Assembly: GCF_000012285.1 (NCBI RefSeq)
Contig: NC_007181.1
Span: 1,860,001-1,892,000 of the forward strand
DNA: 32,000 bases
Direction of reading: 5' to 3'
Origin: Sulfolobus acidocaldarius DSM 639
Lineage (GTDB): Archaea > Thermoproteota > Thermoprotei_A > Sulfolobales > Sulfolobaceae
Below the pieces are notes generated by a model that saw nothing but the letters and a program-made list of their open reading frames with translations, had not been told where the DNA came from and ran no database searches. Positions 8,965-16,681 of this stretch are shown here, one piece after another. The position numbers and the translations under genes were made by a program. The number at the start of each line of letters is the position of its first letter. Within the stretch, counting starts at the first letter, position 1.

Positions 8965-9347
8965 TTAATTGACCCCACTAGCTTGGTCACAATATCTTTG
9001 AAGGTTTGAGCTTTACTTATGGAGTTCCAATCCACATTTAAGCCTGAAATACCCTCATAAATCCACTTTACATAGCCTAATATGGAAAGGGCTTTCTCCA
9101 GGTCCTTACCTTGCAATGCTTTCAACAGTAGCTTCCCTGTATCAGGATCTATCTCCTCCCTTCCCATTTGCCTAATAATATATGCAATTACCTCATCTAC
9201 ATTTTTTCTATTCTGTAATATTGTCAAGAGGTTGTTTATCGTAGACGCGTCCACTACGGGGTCTCCGTTTCTGTCAGGTTTAGAAGCCGATATGGCTATT
9301 TTTGTAGCAATATCCAAGATCTCCTCAACATTAGATTGGGAGCTCAT
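8961..9347 (-). CDS. cas11: Putative Cas11-type small subunit (Csm2/Cmr5-like), first gene of the operon
   Basis: 128 aa. It is predicted helical by composition, has no RAMP motifs, has the size and position typical of type III small subunits, and is translationally coupled to the next gene. No diagnostic motif was recognised. Confidence 0.45.
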   Translation of the reverse strand: MSSQSNVEEILDIATKIAISASKPDRNGDPVVDASTINNLLTILQNRKNVDEVIAYIIRQMGREEIDPDTGKLLLKALQGKDLEKALSILGYVKWIYEGISGLNVDWNSISKAQTFKDIVTKLVGSIK

Positions 9348-9368
9348 TGTATATATTGAGAAGCACCA

Positions 9369-9377
9369 TTTTAATAA
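9369..9377 (-). promoter_or_regulatory. Candidate TATA box of the cas operon
   Basis: The minus strand reads TTATTAAAA at -30 to -22 relative to the cas11 ATG (9347). This spacing fits a leaderless or near-leaderless archaeal transcript. Confidence 0.35.
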
Positions 9378-9514
9378 GGATTACTGTCAATTAATTCTCA
9401 GTTCTTATTGTGACTGAGTTAAAGAAAAATATTAACACTTCAAAAATCAGCTAAGTGTTGTTCATTAATCAGCTATGAAATAACTAGGTCTTGAATACCT
9501 CAATGGTGTGAGTT

Positions 9515-9790
9515 TTGCTAAGTGAAATACTTGATAGAGTATTATGGGCTGAACCTTCAACGATATACTATAAAAAGGTAGTATATGACGGAAAGGAGAT
9601 ATTGGGCTTGTTAGGCAAATTCAGCTATACCGTTCTTGAAAACAGTCAGCTTATCTATGAAATCTTAGAGGATGTCATTGCGATGGGAGTAGGTTCGTCT
9701 AGGAGAAACGGTTTCGGAAGGGTGAAATTCATAATGTACAATAACCAAGAGTCTGAAAATAACACTTTGAGCTCACCGTCCAAAAACTGA
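9515..9790 (+). pseudogene. cas6: 3-prime remnant of cas6 (C-terminal ~90 aa only)
   Basis: The translation ends with the Cas6 glycine-rich signature GVGSSRRNGFGRVKF. The frame is closed by TGA at 9509-9511 just upstream and begins with TTG. Only ~165 nt separate it from the divergent cas11 start, leaving no room for the ~150-200 missing N-terminal residues. Confidence 0.6.
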
Positions 9791-9980
9791 ACCCTATCAA
9801 TAATCAGGAATTGCAAAATGTGAATACTTTTGGACTAGGTTAAGTCAATGAGTTACTATTCTATCTAACTTTACTATCCAACGAAAGTACACAACATGTT
9901 TTTCAATTGCGTGAAAAATTAAGGTTGTTGAGACAAAATAAATAAAGAATATTAATGTTTACTGATGGACATTATATAAC

Positions 9981-10271
9981 ATGAGGAGGATATTGATATT
10001 TGATATCCCCAACATAGGTTTTGCTAGATGGGCTAAAAAGAGGTTAGAGCTGTTAGGATACCGCGTAATTGAGACTCCATATAAGTATGATATAGCTATA
10101 GCATTATATGCCGAGAGGCTCGGTGCAATCGTAGTGACCTCAGATAAACGCTTCCCTTATAGGAAAAAGATTGTATTGCCACAAAAGTTCGTCACAAATT
10201 CAGGCGTAATTGGAAAACCTAAGTATGAAAAACTCTACACAATACTAATGACGGAATTGAGTAAAGTCTAA
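9981..10271 (+). CDS. Small PIN-like (DUF5615 / Mut7-C-like) protein, putative
   Basis: 96 aa. The pattern ILIFD-x-N...LELLGYRV...D-x-AIALYAERLGAIVVTSDKRF resembles DUF5615-type PIN-like domains. Recognition is weak and no partner gene is adjacent. Confidence 0.35.
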   Translation: MRRILIFDIPNIGFARWAKKRLELLGYRVIETPYKYDIAIALYAERLGAIVVTSDKRFPYRKKIVLPQKFVTNSGVIGKPKYEKLYTILMTELSKV

Positions 10272-11166
10272 TATAGAGTGTTAAAATAAAGCTGATATTT
10301 AAGGTCCTTAGAAATGCTTTTTGTTACTAATAAGTAGAGAGTGCGCTCATTAATATGGGTTAAATGACCTTTGATAAATAATCCTAACCACTACAGATTT
10401 ACACTGTCTCATCCTATGTTATATCTAATTAAGACCATTCAAGTATCAAAAAGGATTGACTAACTTTCAGATAATCTTTTCTCGTTTTACGACAACTTAC
10501 TTTAAATTGGGTAGGAGGCTTTAACGAATACGTCCTCTCTAGGGTAAAACAAGGTGTTGGGGTTAATAGCTCCTCTCAATTTTCATTACGTTTAGTAGTG
10601 AAGAGTTCCTTTAATTAGTTTCAGATACTAATGCTCATAAGGATGCGAATGCTCATAGGGATCTTCTCCCTCGTGAGTTCACTCTAACTAGCAGTTGGCA
10701 ATACGTGGCTTGGGTTCAATATTACATAGACGATAAAAATTTAAAAACTTTGCTTTTTTACACTTTCAAAAACTATAGCCTCTATCGGTAATAGTGGATA
10801 AGACTAAGCAACTCTGTCTCCGTTCACTCATGAGTCAACTAGTTTTTACCAAAAATCAACTTAATCGGATGGAAGATAACATAATTATAAGGAAAAAAAG
10901 AACAAACTGTACTGACCATTGAACTCCTAAATAAAACCTGAAAAACTTAGTTTTAGAAAATTAATTACGTAATAAGAACATTATAATTAATGAAAAAGAG
11001 GTTCTATCTTAAGACACATACTGTTCGGTTTAAATTCGTCTTTGTGTAACAAGACATTGATTTTTCCGCAGATTCTACTCACTAACACGAAAATTATACT
11101 TTTCAGAATGATAATGCGAAATCAAATAACTGACCTCTAAAACTTTCCACAAAGCATAGTCCAACT

Positions 11167-12585
11167 TCATTGAAAAATCTCACTCCAGTTCTCTTTTATC
11201 TTCTTTACCAGGTCTTCACTCACCTTAATCTCTAGAGGAAAGCTTTTGTTGAAAGGCTTAGTCGCATAAATTATTGCCCTAGAGGAGACGTACTCTTTTA
11301 CATTCTCTTTTCTCTCAGCCATTGGGTCCAGAGGTGTACTTGGTACATTCTTTACAACCTCGATTGAGTTGGCTGGATCAGTCCTAGTGCACAGAGCCCA
11401 AACCACCTGATTTAAATCTGAGGGGTCTATGTCTTCATCCACCACTATTACATACCTCCCCCCGTAGGAAGTCAGTGGGCTTATAGCTAGTATATGCCCC
11501 AACATGGTCTGGTGACCAGCAAACGCCTGTTTTATTGCCACAACCACCAGAGCCCTGGAGAATCCCACCTCATGTGCCCAAACTCCCTTTACATCCCTTA
11601 TCCCAATTCTCTCTAACATATCCCAGATCATTGCAGATCTTATCGGACACCTGAAGTAAGAGTAATCATAGGGTGGAATACCTGGAGTAGTACCAAGGAG
11701 TATTGGGTCGTTCCTGTAATAAACCCTCTTTACCTCAATGACTGGGTTCTTCATCCTTCCCCCTGCATAATATCCCATGAACTCTCCAAAGGGTCCCTCA
11801 TCAGTTAACTCTCCCGTAATGTACCCCTCAATTGCGATCTCGCTCTCAGCAGGGATAGGTAACCCTGTATCCTCTCCTCTCAAGACGTCAACCCTCTTTC
11901 CCGTCACAGCTCCTGAGAAATTGTACTCAGAGACACCCTGGGGCACTTCCATTCCCGAGAAGATGAAGAGGTCAAGAGGTGGAGAGAAAGAGATAACTAT
12001 GGGACACTTCTTACCCTGTCTAAGGTATTTCTCCATGTGTATCCTACCGTGGTGAGGAGAGTCTATGAAAATTGCTAATCTGTTCTTATCCACTAACATA
12101 ACTCTGTAAGCCCCAACATTTACCCACTCTGACTCAGGGTCCTTTGTCACAACAGCATCAGCTGTGCCTATATATCTTCCACCGTCATGCTCATGCCATT
12201 TAGGGGAAGGGAATTTGAATAGGTCAACCTTTTCGCCAACGTCAACGTTCTCTAACAGGGGAGAGTCGCTCACCTCTCTGGGGGAGTAGTTCGCATACTC
12301 CTTTGAAGCATAAGCCAGCCTCTCCCTCAACTTCTTGACCAGCTCTATATCACTATTTGCAGGAAGATTCAGGGCTAAGCTCACCCTCCTGTAGTCCAAT
12401 AATGCACCTGTCAGAACCCTGTAACCCTTAGGGTAGTCCTTAATTTCGTCAAAGAGTAGGGTGAATTTCCTCCTCTTAGCGTTTAGGTCTGTAATGGCTC
12501 CTATCTCTAAGTCCCAACTTGCACCTTTGACTTCTCTGAGGAGACCTAGTTCCCTCACTCTCTCGATAAAATCTCGTATATTCAT
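11167..12585 (-). CDS. UbiD-family (prFMN-dependent) decarboxylase
   Basis: 472 aa from ATG 12585. The N-terminus MNIRDFIERVRELGLLREV...WDLEIGAIT and the overall length are typical of UbiD family. The track start at 12621 is a TTG extension that would run through the TATA box. Confidence 0.8.
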   Translation of the reverse strand: MNIRDFIERVRELGLLREVKGASWDLEIGAITDLNAKRRKFTLLFDEIKDYPKGYRVLTGALLDYRRVSLALNLPANSDIELVKKLRERLAYASKEYANYSPREVSDSPLLENVDVGEKVDLFKFPSPKWHEHDGGRYIGTADAVVTKDPESEWVNVGAYRVMLVDKNRLAIFIDSPHHGRIHMEKYLRQGKKCPIVISFSPPLDLFIFSGMEVPQGVSEYNFSGAVTGKRVDVLRGEDTGLPIPAESEIAIEGYITGELTDEGPFGEFMGYYAGGRMKNPVIEVKRVYYRNDPILLGTTPGIPPYDYSYFRCPIRSAMIWDMLERIGIRDVKGVWAHEVGFSRALVVVAIKQAFAGHQTMLGHILAISPLTSYGGRYVIVVDEDIDPSDLNQVVWALCTRTDPANSIEVVKNVPSTPLDPMAERKENVKEYVSSRAIIYATKPFNKSFPLEIKVSEDLVKKIKENWSEIFQ

Positions 12586-12609
12586 TGTGTATATATAGTA
12601 TGACTTTGA

Positions 12610-12618
12610 ATTTTTAAA
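12610..12618 (-). promoter_or_regulatory. Candidate TATA box for the UbiD-family gene
   Basis: The minus strand reads TTTAAAAAT at -33 to -25 relative to ATG 12585. Confidence 0.4.
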
Positions 12619-12640
12619 CAATCATGTGCCCTTAGTGTGG

Positions 12641-12709
12641 TTCACAGTTAATGTAAAGCGGTAAAGTCCAGGTAGAACTTTACGTTTAGTTACATGGACA
12701 AACTGTGAA
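12641..12709. other. 69-nt imperfect palindrome (nested hairpin) in the divergent intergenic region
   Basis: TTCACAGTT (12641-12649) pairs with AACTGTGAA (12701-12709). Inner pairs are ATGTAA/TTACAT and GTAAAGT (12661-12667) with ACTTTAC (12677-12683). Confidence 0.3.
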
Positions 12710-12900
12710 TACAAGGCTTTAACACGGAGCCTATTACCGTACTGTTATGGTAAAAGACTTAGTCTCTCACCGACTTCACCTTAAAGGAGCAGTCTTCATG
12801 AGAAAATAATGTGGGTGAGAAATATCACTTCTCCTGTTGTCCATGTCGAGGGATGTGTAGGAAATGACGTTTAAATATCAGGTTTTTTAGTTAAATAATT

Positions 12901-12908
12901 TTTTAAAT
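12901..12908 (+). promoter_or_regulatory. Candidate TATA box for the cyclase-family gene
   Basis: TTTTAAAT at -29 to -22 relative to ATG 12930. Confidence 0.4.
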
Positions 12909-12929
12909 GCTCTTTATACTTATTAAGTC

Positions 12930-13880
12930 ATGATATATAACTTTGAAGAAGAGTTAAGGAGAGCCCCTAAGAACTGGGGAAGGTGGGGAAAAGACGATGA
13001 GATCGGGACTCTCAATTTCGTCACAAGAGACCACATACTGAGATCACTGATGACTGCGAGGACTGGGAAGACTTTCACTTTAGGCTTATGGATCAATAGA
13101 AAGGAGGGAGATCCAGTCTGGATAGGTAGAAGACCCACAGTACACTTGATGACAAAGGACGAAGGAACCTATATTTCAGGAAAGGCTGAACCAAGACCAG
13201 GGGGAGGAAAGTCTGCAGATGATATTGTCATAATGCACTTACAGGGCAGTACACAGGTTGACGCATTGGGTCATTACTGGAAGGACAACACGTTATACAA
13301 CGGCTTTGACTCCAGGACGACTATCGGTGGTCTAGCCAAGGACGACGTAAGTAAGTTAGCTGAGAGGGGTATTTTAGGTAGGGGTGTTTTACTTGACGTA
13401 GCTAGACATAAGGGTAAAGGGAGTTTAGATAAGGGTGAAATGATATCTTTCTCTGACTTACTGGACACTGCTAAGGAGGAGGGCGTAAAGATTAACAAGC
13501 ATGATATAATCCTGGTAAGGACGGGTTTCCTGAAGACTTTCTATGAGAAGGGTCCAAATGAGTTTTACAAGGACTTCAGTGAGCCAGGAATTACCTATGA
13601 GCGTGAGCTGGTGAAGTGGTTTTATGAAAACGAGTTCATAGCTTATGGTAGTGACACAATAGCCTCAGAGCAGACATACTCCTCCACACTGGGGATAATG
13701 CTTCCCTTGCACATATTCTTCCTCAACTACTTGGGGCTACCTATAATGGAGATGCTATGGCTAGAGGAGTTGGCTAAGGATTGTGCTGAAGACGGTCAGT
13801 ATGATTTCTTCTTCATAGCCTCCCCTCTTAAGGTCATAGGCGGAACTGGATCTCCAATAAACCCCATAGTGATCAAGTGA
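12930..13880 (+). CDS. Putative cyclase-family protein (kynurenine formamidase-like metal hydrolase)
   Basis: 316 aa. N-terminal WGRWGKDDEIGTLNF and the HLQGSTQVDALGH motif resemble the H-x-G-T-H-x-D-x-P-x-H type metal site of the cyclase family. Confidence 0.7.
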   Translation: MIYNFEEELRRAPKNWGRWGKDDEIGTLNFVTRDHILRSLMTARTGKTFTLGLWINRKEGDPVWIGRRPTVHLMTKDEGTYISGKAEPRPGGGKSADDIVIMHLQGSTQVDALGHYWKDNTLYNGFDSRTTIGGLAKDDVSKLAERGILGRGVLLDVARHKGKGSLDKGEMISFSDLLDTAKEEGVKINKHDIILVRTGFLKTFYEKGPNEFYKDFSEPGITYERELVKWFYENEFIAYGSDTIASEQTYSSTLGIMLPLHIFFLNYLGLPIMEMLWLEELAKDCAEDGQYDFFFIASPLKVIGGTGSPINPIVIK

Positions 13881-13918
13881 TCCTACAATTGAATGCCGTA
13901 GAGGCTTTCATCCTCTTA

Positions 13919-14953
13919 CTAGGTGACCTTAAGTACCTGCCGACCACTGACTTTTCCCTTTTCAAGGTTGTCTAAGGCGTCGTTAGCCTCCTCCAGGCTT
14001 AAGACCTTTGTTATCATGGGCTTTATCTTACCGTTCTCTGCTAATTCCAGTACCTCCAAGAAATCTTTCCTGTTACCTGTAAGAGTCCCTATGAATTGCC
14101 AACCCATGGAGTGAAGTCTCAGACCGGCATCATGAGGAAGTCCACCGCCATAGGTTCCAACTTTCACGTATCTCCCTAACTTAGCCAATAAAGTGTAGTA
14201 GTTACTCGTGGTAAACTCTGAGCCCACGAAGTCTATTATTGCATCTACTCCCCTGCCAGTAGTTATCTTTCTCACCTCCTCCTCGTCCACCTTGCTGGTG
14301 ACGTAGTCTGCCCCCAAATTCGTGGCTAACTTTAGACCCTCTTCACTTACATCCACTCCTATTATAAAGCTTCCGTGAATAGCCTTGGCTATTTGTACCG
14401 CAATGCTCCCTAGACCTCCCCCTGCTCCTATGATCATCACACTCTTTGAGGGATCTAAATTAGCTAACCTTAAAGCCCTATACGCTGTAACACCTGAACA
14501 GGCTAAAGGTGAGGCTGTTGAAGTTGACAGGTTTCTGAGCTTAAACATATACCTGTAGTCTGGGACTAACACGTATTCACCATAGCCCCCGTTAACGTTT
14601 ATCCCTAACCACTTAGGATTATCGCAGTATTGGTCTTCACCTATTTTGCAATAATGACAGGACCCATCACCTATCCATGGATCTATAAGTACTTTATCAC
14701 TTTTCTTGAAGCCCTCTACGTTGCCTCCTAGTTCTACTACCTCTCCTGCGATCTCATGACCAATAACTAATGGTAGAGTGGGTTTACTTGAGCTTATTCT
14801 GTTAAATATCGCACCTGACCTTACAGATAGGTCAGTGTGGCACACACCGGCGTAGTCCACCTTCACTAACACTTGTCCTACACCGACTTTAGGGACATCC
14901 ATATCTTCCAAGCGTAAGGGCTCACCGAATTTATGTAATAGCATTGCTTTCAT
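13919..14953 (-). CDS. adh: Zinc-dependent medium-chain alcohol dehydrogenase
   Basis: 344 aa. Motifs: GVCHTDL, GHEIAGEVVELG, the structural-zinc Cys cluster CHYCKIGEDQYC, and IGAGGGLG as the NAD(P) fold. Confidence 0.85.
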   Translation of the reverse strand: MKAMLLHKFGEPLRLEDMDVPKVGVGQVLVKVDYAGVCHTDLSVRSGAIFNRISSSKPTLPLVIGHEIAGEVVELGGNVEGFKKSDKVLIDPWIGDGSCHYCKIGEDQYCDNPKWLGINVNGGYGEYVLVPDYRYMFKLRNLSTSTASPLACSGVTAYRALRLANLDPSKSVMIIGAGGGLGSIAVQIAKAIHGSFIIGVDVSEEGLKLATNLGADYVTSKVDEEEVRKITTGRGVDAIIDFVGSEFTTSNYYTLLAKLGRYVKVGTYGGGLPHDAGLRLHSMGWQFIGTLTGNRKDFLEVLELAENGKIKPMITKVLSLEEANDALDNLEKGKVSGRQVLKVT

Positions 14954-15155
14954 TTAGTGGTCATCTCACTATTAGTGTGTCTGTATACACACATATATAA
15001 ATAACGTAGAACATGTTTCATATAACTACACCCTCCTCTGCTCTCTCTACACTCATGTATAATCCGACCTCAGACTAGGTCTGAATTCGAGAAAAATGCC
15101 ATAACTTTCCTTCTCCACAACGATTTTCATGCTTTCTGATCTTATTTCCCACACC

Positions 15156-16505
15156 CTATAAAGTCTCCTTCTGAATCTCATACTCCTCCTTTGATATGGT
15201 ACCCTTAGTCTCCTTCGTGAGTACTGTACCCACTAATATTATTACAGAGACCACTATTAAGGTGTAGAACATTATAGAGGGAAAAGCAGAGAGACCTGCT
15301 GAAGCTACTGCTAGGCTGATTATGGTTGGGATTGTCCCTCCTATTGCAAACCCAGTATTCCACGTGAAGCCAACCCCTGTTCCCCTCACGCTAGCTGGAT
15401 ATATCTCATTTAGGTAAGTCATTAGCATCCCTCCTCCTATATCGACTAAGAACAGGATTGCAAAAGAGTGAAGAATTATCTGATTAAGGTCACCGGATTT
15501 TAGTGAACCCAGGGAGAGAAAGAGAGGTCCAACTACTGCTAGTACAATAATTGCACCTATTAATGACGTTATCTTCCTCCCTATTATCTGGGATATCTCC
15601 CCTCCTATTAATGGTCCTATCGACATCCCAATTGACCCTATTATCATTACTATTGCTATTTCAGTCTTGGCTAATTTATTGACACTACTTAAAAACGTAG
15701 GTAGTATACCATCAGTAACGTAAAAACTTGCACCCCAGCCAATTGAAAGTAGCAGTGCAACGCCTAACTGATACCTGTATTTCGAAAATATCTCCTTGAG
15801 GGGAGACTTCACCACTGACCCTCTCTTTTTAATTTTAGTCCAAACCTCAGACTCAGGGACTAAATAGTTTACAAATCCAAGTACAGCTAAGCTCAGTAGC
15901 CCGCCAAAGAACATCACTCTCCATCCCCATACCAGATAGGAACTTCCAGGGTAGAGTATGGTTGTCAGGAAAAACCAGCCAGCTGCTATGAGGTATGCCA
16001 CTCCAGCAGCTGAAAACCCTAGTCCACCTACAATCCCTCTATACCTCTCTGGGACAGACTCAGGTCCTATCACATGACTACCTGCAGTTATGCCTCCTAT
16101 GAACACCCCTTGAATCAGTCTCACTGCTAACAGTAATATTGGTGCTATCACTCCTACTACTTGATAAGTCGGTAATGCGCCCTGTAATGTGGAAGTTATC
16201 ACAAGACCTATTAGACCGTAAAAAATAGCCCTCTTTCTACCTACCTTGTCCGATACCCTAGACCCAAAGACTGTAGCACCTACAGGTCTCATGATCAATG
16301 AGGTGGCAAACCCCGCATATGTTGCCGCTATAGACAAGAAAGTGATACTTGAAGGGAAAAACAGGGAAGAGATATAAGGTGCAACAAGTAGGATAGTGAA
16401 CAGGTCATATAAGTCGAATGTCCAGGTGAAAAAGGTTGCTAAAGTCCATTTAAAATGATTTGAAGTAAATTTTTCTTCTTTTTTCATATTAATCTGGAAA
16501 CCCAT
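15156..16505 (-). CDS. MFS transporter, metabolite:H+ symporter-like
   Basis: 449 aa with about 12 hydrophobic segments. Contains the FDLYDLF N-terminal motif and the loop DKVGRKRAIF. Confidence 0.8.
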   Translation of the reverse strand: MGFQINMKKEEKFTSNHFKWTLATFFTWTFDLYDLFTILLVAPYISSLFFPSSITFLSIAATYAGFATSLIMRPVGATVFGSRVSDKVGRKRAIFYGLIGLVITSTLQGALPTYQVVGVIAPILLLAVRLIQGVFIGGITAGSHVIGPESVPERYRGIVGGLGFSAAGVAYLIAAGWFFLTTILYPGSSYLVWGWRVMFFGGLLSLAVLGFVNYLVPESEVWTKIKKRGSVVKSPLKEIFSKYRYQLGVALLLSIGWGASFYVTDGILPTFLSSVNKLAKTEIAIVMIIGSIGMSIGPLIGGEISQIIGRKITSLIGAIIVLAVVGPLFLSLGSLKSGDLNQIILHSFAILFLVDIGGGMLMTYLNEIYPASVRGTGVGFTWNTGFAIGGTIPTIISLAVASAGLSAFPSIMFYTLIVVSVIILVGTVLTKETKGTISKEEYEIQKETL

Positions 16506-16681
16506 TAATGGGGTAAATTATAAGCCTTATCTCAAAGTTAATAGAGATATTACACAGGTTATAACTGGTTTATATCAATTTAATTATCAGACAAGACGCT
16601 AATAACGCACTGAATTCATTAACTTTTTAGACTTCATTAGTAAATTTTGACAGTAAAGTTTTAATATTATATATAATAAAC

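Noticed and set aside
1599-9417. Plus-strand track ORFs inside the cas operon (1599..1922, 2609..2854, 3512..3715, 3976..4245, 4699..4893, 5633..5842, 9082..9417)
   Set aside because: All lie antisense to long motif-bearing cas genes. They have low-complexity, Ser/Leu/Phe-rich translations and no motifs. They are typical shadow ORFs.
958-10657. 10-mer GAATGCTCAT shared in inverted orientation between the left flank (~958-970) and the right flank (10647-10656), as possible terminal inverted repeats of an inserted cas cassette
   Set aside because: The match does not extend beyond 10 nt. One or two such matches are expected by chance between two ~1-kb regions. No integrase or target-site duplication is seen.
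519-10786. Isolated strings resembling Sulfolobales CRISPR repeats as I remember them: CTTTCAAATTCT... at 519-542, GTTTTTAGTTT at 687-697, GTTTTAGTTCCTTAACCTTACTTG at 738-761, and CTTTCAAAAACTATAGCCTCTATC at 10763-10786
   Set aside because: These are single copies with no repeat-spacer periodicity. The two at 687 and 738 are only 51 nt apart. Identity to remembered repeats is about 60-70% in AT-rich DNA, and the comparison relies on my memory of repeats from other species. This is not enough to call a CRISPR array or relic.
11108-11133. C/D-box-like pair (ATGATAA ... CTGA, 15-nt spacer) downstream of the UbiD-family gene
   Set aside because: Box C is imperfect, there is no second C-prime/D pair and there are no terminal complementary ends. 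This probably arises by chance in AT-rich DNA.
12586-12621. TTG-extended start codons in the ORF track: UbiD 12621, MFS 31101, NnrS-like 27376 (ATG, overlapping the DUF59 gene by 31 nt), small ORF 6603
   Set aside because: In-frame ATGs just downstream (12585, 31080, 27403, 6594) give better TATA spacing or ATGA-type coupling. The extensions would run through promoter elements or the upstream gene.
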